DNA of 4,574 nucleotides from a virus. Taxonomy: Duplodnaviria; Heunggongvirae; Uroviricota; Caudoviricetes. The stretch lies in the IMG/VR virus record IMGVR_UViG_2734482772_000001, one strand, 5' to 3'. A program made the translations under genes and the position numbers. The notes under the pieces are model-generated. The model worked only from the letters and a program-made list of their open reading frames with translations. It did no database searches and had not been told where the DNA came from. Shown piece by piece: positions 1 to 4,574 of the stretch; positions within the stretch are counted from its first letter, which is position 1; every line of letters begins with the position of its first letter.

Positions 1-29
1 CTGATTTATTCAACAAAGCCTGTTTTACC

Positions 30-605
30 CTACGGCAGTGCTGGCCATTCAATATCCTGTGCAGTTGACGTATCAACACGGTTCAGCAATACCCGATACT
101 TTTTCCATGCTTCCAGCAACGAGATTTCTTCCTCCGTTGCAATTTCCAGATCTGCAGCATCCTGAAGCGGCGCAATATGCTCACTGGCTACCTGCATCAG
201 GCTGTTTTTTGTTTCTTCCGCCTCTCGGATCCGGAACAGTTTTTCTGCTTCTGCATCTTTCACCCAGGCTGTGCCGTTCCACTTCTGAAACTCCCCTTCC
301 GGCGATAACCAGGTAACATTTTCCGGTAACGGACCGAGTTCAGAAATAAATAACGCGTCCCCTGACGCTACGTCATAAACCGTTTTACCCCGATGGTCTT
401 CAACGAGATGCCACGATGCCTTATCACTGTTGAAAACAGCCACAAAGCCAGCAGGAATATCTGGTGGTGCAATATCGGTACTGTTTGCTGGCAGACCTGT
501 ATGAGGCGGAATATATGCGTCACCTTCACCAATAAATTCATTAGTTCCGGCCAGCAGATTATAAATTTTTATGGTCCGTGGTTGTTCACTCATTCTGAAT
601 GCCAT
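30..605 (-). CDS. tfa: Tail fibre assembly protein Tfa (chaperone for Stf)
   Basis: 191-aa ORF with ATG at 605..603 overlapping the stf stop (TAATG) and a GTGAGG Shine-Dalgarno about 8 nt upstream. N-terminus [61 protein letters not shown]... matches my recollection of lambda Tfa. Stop TAG at 32..30. Confidence 0.92.
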   Translation of the reverse strand: MAFRMSEQPRTIKIYNLLAGTNEFIGEGDAYIPPHTGLPANSTDIAPPDIPAGFVAVFNSDKASWHLVEDHRGKTVYDVASGDALFISELGPLPENVTWLSPEGEFQKWNGTAWVKDAEAEKLFRIREAEETKNSLMQVASEHIAPLQDAADLEIATEEEISLLEAWKKYRVLLNRVDTSTAQDIEWPALP

Positions 606-3565
606 TATGCAAGCCTCACAATATAGTTAAATGCGATGTTTTTGACGGTGTTTTCCGCGTTACCAGCAGCGTTAACGGTGATGGTGTGTCCATGTGAACC
701 AATCGCAACGGAGTGCGTATGAGCACCAATACCGACAGTATGCGCGTGTGCACCTGCAGATGCTGCTGTGCCGGACAGTGAATGGCTATGATTACCATCT
801 GTACTGGTATTCGCTAACCACCCCGTAGACATACCTACTGAGCCTTGTACACCCCAGGTATTTTGACCTGAGCTTGTATAACCATATTGATAAGTATCTT
901 TAAAAACACTGGGGTTAAATCGACGGCCATCTCTATGGCTGTGATTACCAGCTGCATTCGTGCTGCCACTTAAACTATGGGTATGCGCACCAGTGTTATT
1001 CGTGGATTTAGTGCCGTAATCAAACGACGATGTGGTTTTCGTCCCCAAATCCGTACTGGATGCGCTGGCGCTGTGGGTATGCGATTTAATGCCGTCCTGT
1101 TCCTGAGACAATACGGCCCGACCACTGGCAGGTTTGCCCTTAATCGTCCAGCCACGCATATCAGGGATCACGCCTGACGGATAAGCGGCTGCAAGTTTCG
1201 GGTATGCAGATTTGTCAAAAGTCTGCCCCTGCATCAGGGCATAGCCAGACGGAACGGTATCTGATGGCCACGGGATTGGTGCGCCAGGCGGATAAAACTG
1301 CTCTGATGGCGTATAGAGTGAATAAACTGTACCGTCCGTTAACCCTTCCGGCTTATTAGCAGAATATGCTGGTGACGTATGAATCGTCACGCTGGCATTA
1401 CTGGTATAATCCCATTGAATATTTACACCAGTCGCATAATTTCCGATTGCAACGTAAATATCGTAAGTATCACCAGATGTATTGACCCAGGCAAAATTTG
1501 TAAACCCTGTCGATGTGCGCTGCCATAAAGCACCAGTAATCCCCTTCGGATTACCATTACCTGCACGTAAAACAAGTTCAGATATACCTGCCTGTTGAGG
1601 TGACCCCACGTTAAATCCAGCGCCACCAATCAACGTAATTGAAACAACAGAACTCGCCTGTGGCATGGTTACCGTTGCTAATTTGAACCAACCAGCACCA
1701 CCGCTGAATGACATTGTTGTTGAGTTAAGCGTACCAATATCTTTCGGCGTCAGTGTTATATCCGCTGAAAGCGCCTTACCATTCACCTTACGGGCAGAAG
1801 GTACCCGACCATTCGCATTGTCATTAGCTGCTTTCACTGCTTTCGGTGTCGCAGCAAGCGTTTCAGATGTGCTGTTGGTTGCACTACTGAGCTGGACAAT
1901 TCCTTTTTGTGCTGTCGTAGCGTCCTGTGCGGTGTATTTCCCGTTAGCCAGGTCATACGCGGCCTTAACGGCTTTTGGCGTTACCGCCTGTGACTCGGAA
2001 GTGCTGTTAGTCGCACTGCTGAGCTGAACTATCCCTTTCTGTGCTATCGTTGCATCCTGTGCGGTGTATTTCCCGTTAGCCAGGTCATACGCGGCCTTAA
2101 CGGCTTTTGGCGTTGCCGCCTGTGACTCGGAAGTGCTGTTGGTCGCACTGCTGAGCTGTACTATCCCCTTTTTCGTCGTGCTCGCATCCTCAAGCGCCAC
2201 GGCGGATGCAATATCCTCTGCCCGTTTTGCTGCTGTCTCGGCGCGCGTTGCCGCGGATTCCGCCGTACTTTTGCTCTGTGCTGCCGCTGCCGCACTGCCA
2301 GCAGCCTCTGTCGCCTTCGTGGATGCCGTCGTGGCGCTGCCCCTCGCTGCTGACGCCTGTCTGGTCGCCTCATCTTTTGAAGCAGACGCAGATGATGCCG
2401 ATGACGCCGCCGAACTGGCGGACGATGCGGCAGCCGTTTTTGAGGATTCTGCGCTGGTTTCCGACGCTTTCGCGTTCGTTTCGGATGTCTTCGCTGCGGA
2501 AGCAGACCTCGCTGCTGCGCTGGCCTGTTCAGTGGCTTCGCCAGCCTTCGTTGTGGCTGTTGAAGCAGACGATGCGGCACTTTCTGCCGACTTTCCGGCA
2601 GCGGTGGCACTGGCTGAGGCCTGCCCGGCACTTGTTGACGCGGCGCTGGCAGATGATGCAGCCGCTGTTTTTGAGCCTGCCGCAGCCGAGGCGCTCTGTC
2701 CCGCTGCCGTTTCAGAAGACCTGGCGTTCGTCTCGGACGTTTTTGCCGCCTTCGCGGAATTTCCTGCCGCCGTTGCCGAGGAAGCGGCACTACTGGCGCT
2801 TGATGATGCGTTCGTTTCTGATGATTTTGCCGCCTCTTTTGAAGCCGACGCATCCCGTGCTGAAGTGGCTGCTTCTGACGCTTTCGTAGTCGCGGTGGAT
2901 GCAGAAGTGGCTGCTGATTGTTGTGACGCTGCCGCATTCGTTTCTGACGTTTTCGCCGCACCGGCACTGGTAGCCGCCGCGCTTTTTGAGGACTCTGCAG
3001 CGGCAGCACTTTTTAATGCTTCAGTGGCCTTTGTTGATGCCGTTCCTGCGCTGGAAGACGCTGACTGAGCCGACGAAGCAGCCTGTCCGGCTGACGTGCT
3101 GGCTGCGCGTGCTGAGCCTGCAGCATCAGTCGCATGGGTTGCCGCCTCACGGGCTGATGTGCTGGCATCGCTGGCTGACTTCTTCGCGGCTGCCGTGTTC
3201 TGTGCCACCGCGGACGCGTTACGCGCCACCTCTTCCACCATCAGTTCAAAACGGCGCAGTGCCTCAGGACGGGCATCATCCTCCGTCATGGCACCGAGAA
3301 AATCATTCAGCGTACCGGGTCGGGAATCTTCATACACGGTGATGGTCCCGGCATGTGACGGCGGGAATCCTTCCACCAACAGAATAACGCTGTACTGACC
3401 GTACTCAACGTCCATGCTGTAACGCCCGGCTTCATCCGGATTTTCTGAGGCCAGCGTGTTCACCACCACCGTGGTACTGTTACGTTTTGCTTTCAGCTGG
3501 ATTGTGCAGTTCTGTACCGGTTTTCCTGTGCCGTCTTTCAGTACACCTGAAATCTTTACTGCCAT
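605..3565 (-). CDS. stf: Side tail fibre protein Stf (lambda Stf-like, long form)
   Basis: Long ORF; I place the start at ATG 3565..3563, which has a GGGG(TG) Shine-Dalgarno at 3569..3574, giving [24 protein letters not shown]..., which matches my recollection of the lambda Stf N-terminus. The GTG at 3571 used by the ORF track has no ribosome-binding site because it abuts the terminator U-tract. Contains an Ala/Ser/Thr-rich shaft, 44-aa tandem repeats, a His-rich HxH cluster and a conserved C-terminus ...[25 protein letters not shown]. Stop TAA at 607..605 overlaps the tfa start. Confidence 0.9.
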   Translation of the reverse strand: MAVKISGVLKDGTGKPVQNCTIQLKAKRNSTTVVVNTLASENPDEAGRYSMDVEYGQYSVILLVEGFPPSHAGTITVYEDSRPGTLNDFLGAMTEDDARPEALRRFELMVEEVARNASAVAQNTAAAKKSASDASTSAREAATHATDAAGSARAASTSAGQAASSAQSASSSAGTASTKATEALKSAAAAESSKSAAATSAGAAKTSETNAAASQQSAATSASTATTKASEAATSARDASASKEAAKSSETNASSSASSAASSATAAGNSAKAAKTSETNARSSETAAGQSASAAAGSKTAAASSASAASTSAGQASASATAAGKSAESAASSASTATTKAGEATEQASAAARSASAAKTSETNAKASETSAESSKTAAASSASSAASSASSASASKDEATRQASAARGSATTASTKATEAAGSAAAAAQSKSTAESAATRAETAAKRAEDIASAVALEDASTTKKGIVQLSSATNSTSESQAATPKAVKAAYDLANGKYTAQDATIAQKGIVQLSSATNSTSESQAVTPKAVKAAYDLANGKYTAQDATTAQKGIVQLSSATNSTSETLAATPKAVKAANDNANGRVPSARKVNGKALSADITLTPKDIGTLNSTTMSFSGGAGWFKLATVTMPQASSVVSITLIGGAGFNVGSPQQAGISELVLRAGNGNPKGITGALWQRTSTGFTNFAWVNTSGDTYDIYVAIGNYATGVNIQWDYTSNASVTIHTSPAYSANKPEGLTDGTVYSLYTPSEQFYPPGAPIPWPSDTVPSGYALMQGQTFDKSAYPKLAAAYPSGVIPDMRGWTIKGKPASGRAVLSQEQDGIKSHTHSASASSTDLGTKTTSSFDYGTKSTNNTGAHTHSLSGSTNAAGNHSHRDGRRFNPSVFKDTYQYGYTSSGQNTWGVQGSVGMSTGWLANTSTDGNHSHSLSGTAASAGAHAHTVGIGAHTHSVAIGSHGHTITVNAAGNAENTVKNIAFNYIVRLA
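683..1090 (-). other. His-rich HxH motif cluster in the Stf C-terminal (distal) region
   Basis: Motifs read directly from the translation: [61 protein letters not shown]. Repeated HxH in phage long tail fibre tips is known to form metal-coordinating sites (e.g. T4 gp37). Confidence 0.6.
1850..2187 (-). repeat. In-frame 132-bp tandem repeats inside stf: two near-identical copies plus a degenerate third, each encoding a 44-aa unit
   Basis: Plus-strand copies 1924..2055 and 2056..2187 are identical over the first ~110 bp apart from three substitutions (A/G at 1984 vs 2116, A/G at 2009 vs 2141, A/T at 2027 vs 2159) and diverge in the last ~20 bp. A degenerate copy lies at about 1850..1923. Protein unit: [18 protein letters not shown](A/V)[22 protein letters not shown](I/T)AQ, followed by the divergent [33 protein letters not shown]. 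Confidence 0.9.
2198..3223 (-). other. GC-rich low-complexity Ala/Ser/Thr-rich shaft segment of stf (about residues 117-458)
   Basis: Translation is dominated by A, S and T with recurring motifs such as [22 protein letters not shown] and TKA(S/G)EA. The DNA is visibly GC-rich (GCN/TCN/ACN codons) and lacks stop codons in several frames on both strands. Confidence 0.85.
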
Positions 3566-3574
3566 ATTCACCCC

Positions 3575-3603
3575 ACAAAAAAGCCCGCCTGAACCGGCGG
3601 GCT
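3575..3603 (-). terminator. Putative rho-independent terminator downstream of lom, immediately upstream of stf
   Basis: Minus-strand reading 5'-AGCCCGCC GGTTCA GGCGGGCT TTTTTGTGGGG-3': an 8-bp GC-rich stem (plus 3582..3589 pairs with 3596..3603), a 6-nt loop and a U-tract (plus A-tract 3577..3582). It starts about 27 nt after the lom stop codon. Confidence 0.65.
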
Positions 3604-3629
3604 GTCATAACACTGTGTTACCTGGCTAA

Positions 3630-4229
3630 TCAGAATTTATAACCGACACCCACGATGAAACCGTCAGTGCGCCAGTCGCCACTGCCGGAACCTTCATAAG
3701 CGACATCAACGGCCACGGATTCGGTCGGGTTAAACTGCACGCCAGCCCCCCACGCCAGAGACGTGTTGCTGTGGCGACCGTCATCACTTCCGATCAGCAC
3801 ATCGTGCGTTTTCCCCGTATTGTCGGTCACCTGCAGATAATCCCCGGAGAAAGTCGACACACGGCTGTAAGCCACACCCGCCATCGCATACGCGCTGAAC
3901 CATTCATTCACGCGCACAGACGGCCCCGCCATCACGCTGAACCAGCGGTTACGCACGGAATCTTCATGCCAGCGGGTATCGCTGTAATGCGTTTTTTGCT
4001 CATCTTCAGCGTTGGCATAACTGAATGACGTAATCAGCCCCAGCGTGTCCGTAAACTCATAATGGTATTTCACGTTAATCCCGTTCAGATTATCGCTGCC
4101 GGGAGCGTTCGTACGGGCATGAAGATACCCTGCGCTCAGTGTGGCCTGCTGCTCAGACGCCCATGCAGGCGCACCGGATACGGCCAGACAGATGGCTGCG
4201 GACAAAATGGCTGCACAAACTTTACGCAT
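3630..4229 (-). CDS. lom: Lom outer-membrane protein (Ail/Lom/PagC family 8-strand beta-barrel), lambda Lom-like
   Basis: 199-aa ORF with ATG at 4229..4227 preceded by a GAGAGG Shine-Dalgarno (plus 4235..4240) and ending at TGA. N-terminal signal peptide [24 protein letters not shown] with an AWA/SE cleavage-type site. C-terminus ...[20 protein letters not shown] ends in an aromatic Phe, typical of OMP beta-barrels and matching my recollection of lambda Lom. Position between J and stf matches lambda. Confidence 0.92.
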   Translation of the reverse strand: MRKVCAAILSAAICLAVSGAPAWASEQQATLSAGYLHARTNAPGSDNLNGINVKYHYEFTDTLGLITSFSYANAEDEQKTHYSDTRWHEDSVRNRWFSVMAGPSVRVNEWFSAYAMAGVAYSRVSTFSGDYLQVTDNTGKTHDVLIGSDDGRHSNTSLAWGAGVQFNPTESVAVDVAYEGSGSGDWRTDGFIVGVGYKF

Positions 4230-4234
4230 AATTA

Positions 4235-4240
4235 CCTCTC
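4235..4240 (-). promoter_or_regulatory. Shine-Dalgarno sequence for lom
   Basis: Minus-strand GAGAGG, 5 nt upstream of the lom ATG. Confidence 0.6.
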
Positions 4241-4250
4241 GCTTTTCTGC

Positions 4251-4278
4251 AATAAAAAAGGCGCCATTTCTGGCGCCC
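4251..4278 (-). terminator. Putative rho-independent terminator between the J-like gene and lom
   Basis: Minus-strand reading 5'-GGCGCCA GAAA TGGCGCC TTTTTTATT-3': a perfect 7-bp GC-rich stem (plus 4260..4266 pairs with 4271..4277), a GNRA-type GAAA tetraloop and a 6-U tract (plus A-tract 4254..4259). It begins about 19 nt after the J-like stop codon. Confidence 0.5.
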
Positions 4279-4296
4279 GTATATGGGTTATAAAAT

Positions 4297-4574
4297 TCAG
4301 CTGATACTGATGCCTGCGGTGGCTTTCTTCATCACCACAACCAGCAAATCGCTGATACTTGCTGTGGGATACCAGTCATTTACCAGCCATGCTGACACCG
4401 AAAACTCCAGCGTCATGTGGCCGTGACCAGCTGGCATATCAATAACACCACTGTAAATCAGCGTATTATCCAGCGCGGTACGGTTATAAATTTCAGCACC
4501 ATTTTTCTTCACTATCAGGCGGCATGACGAATAAATATCGTTATTCTCCCGCTCATGCGTATTTTCATGAAAGG
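4297..4574 (-). CDS. C-terminal end of a host-specificity / tail-tip fibre protein (likely lambda J homolog); 5' partial, continues beyond the window
   Basis: The minus-strand frame ending at TGA (4297..4299) stays open with no stop through 4572, so the 71-aa ORF in the track (GTG at 4510..4512) is only the tail of a longer gene. Extended translation ends ...[31 protein letters not shown]...[14 protein letters not shown]. It sits directly upstream of lom on the same strand, as J does in lambda. Assignment is by synteny; I cannot verify the sequence against J from memory. Confidence 0.6.
   Translation of the reverse strand, partial: FHENTHERENNDIYSSCRLIVKKNGAEIYNRTALDNTLIYSGVIDMPAGHGHMTLEFSVSAWLVNDWYPTASISDLLVVVMKKATAGISIS

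Noticed and set aside
38-626. Plus-strand ORFs 38..316 and 393..626 antisense to tfa
   Set aside because: Fully antisense to a well-supported tfa gene, short, with no convincing ribosome-binding site; typical shadow ORFs.
616-1629. Short minus-strand ORFs in alternative frames (616..798, 970..1155, 1423..1629) and plus-strand ORF 977..1177
   Set aside because: They are embedded in the stf coding region out of frame or antisense, and the stf frame gives a coherent tail-fibre protein across these coordinates.
1850-2187. Possible diversity-generating retroelement (template/variable repeat) signature in the stf repeats
   Set aside because: The repeats are tandem and in-frame within one gene. 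Their three differences are not adenine-specific on the coding strand (T/C, T/C, T/A), and no reverse transcriptase or separate template repeat is present in the window.
2064-3068. Long plus-strand ORFs (334 aa at 2064..3068, 227 aa at 2206..2889) and the 282-aa minus-strand ORF at 2161..3009, all overlapping stf
   Set aside because: They lie wholly inside the GC-rich low-complexity part of stf in alternative frames or antisense. Their translations are compositional artefacts (Ala/Leu/Asp-rich or Arg/Gln/Pro-rich) with no start context or ribosome-binding site, and are explained by the absence of stop codons in GCN/TCN-rich DNA.
30-3565. Invertible tail-fibre host-range switch (Gin/Cin/Pin-type) affecting the stf C-terminus and tfa
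   Set aside because: There is only one stf C-terminus and one tfa, with no inverted duplicate gene segments, no flanking inverted crossover repeats that I could see, and no invertase gene in the window.
3771-4304. Plus-strand ORFs 3771..4028 and 4062..4304 antisense to lom
   Set aside because: Antisense to lom with Arg/His-rich translations typical of shadow frames, and no independent signals.
1-4574. Hidden defence or other novel system (CRISPR, toxin-antitoxin, restriction, retron, abortive infection)
   Set aside because: Every substantial ORF is accounted for by the J-lom-stf-tfa module. Intergenic spacers are 58-67 bp and occupied by terminator hairpins and ribosome-binding sites. No direct-repeat/spacer array, structured RNA gene or additional small gene pair is evident. 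lom itself is the only accessory (moron) cargo.

Overview
The window is a contiguous stretch of a lambdoid (phage lambda-like) tail-fibre module, with every gene on the minus strand. In transcription order (high to low coordinates) it holds the 3' end of a J-like host-specificity/tail-tip gene (4297..4574, 5' partial), a terminator-like hairpin, lom (3630..4229), a second stronger terminator-like hairpin, the side tail fibre gene stf (605..3565, about 986 aa) and the tail fibre assembly chaperone tfa (30..605). stf and tfa are translationally coupled through a TAATG stop/start overlap. stf has a long GC-rich Ala/Ser/Thr low-complexity shaft, 132-bp in-frame tandem repeats and a His-rich HxH cluster near its C-terminus. 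All other ORFs in the six-frame track lie inside these genes in alternative frames or antisense and are judged spurious. I found no CRISPR array, tRNA/rRNA, transposase, invertase, toxin-antitoxin pair or defence-like gene. My honest reading is that this is a conventional lambda-type J-lom-stf-tfa region, not an undescribed system. The points worth a second look are the terminator-flanked lom cassette, the repeat-bearing and apparently mosaic stf, and the terminator abutting the stf ribosome-binding site. Homology statements rest on my recollection of lambda protein sequences and on synteny, not on a database search.
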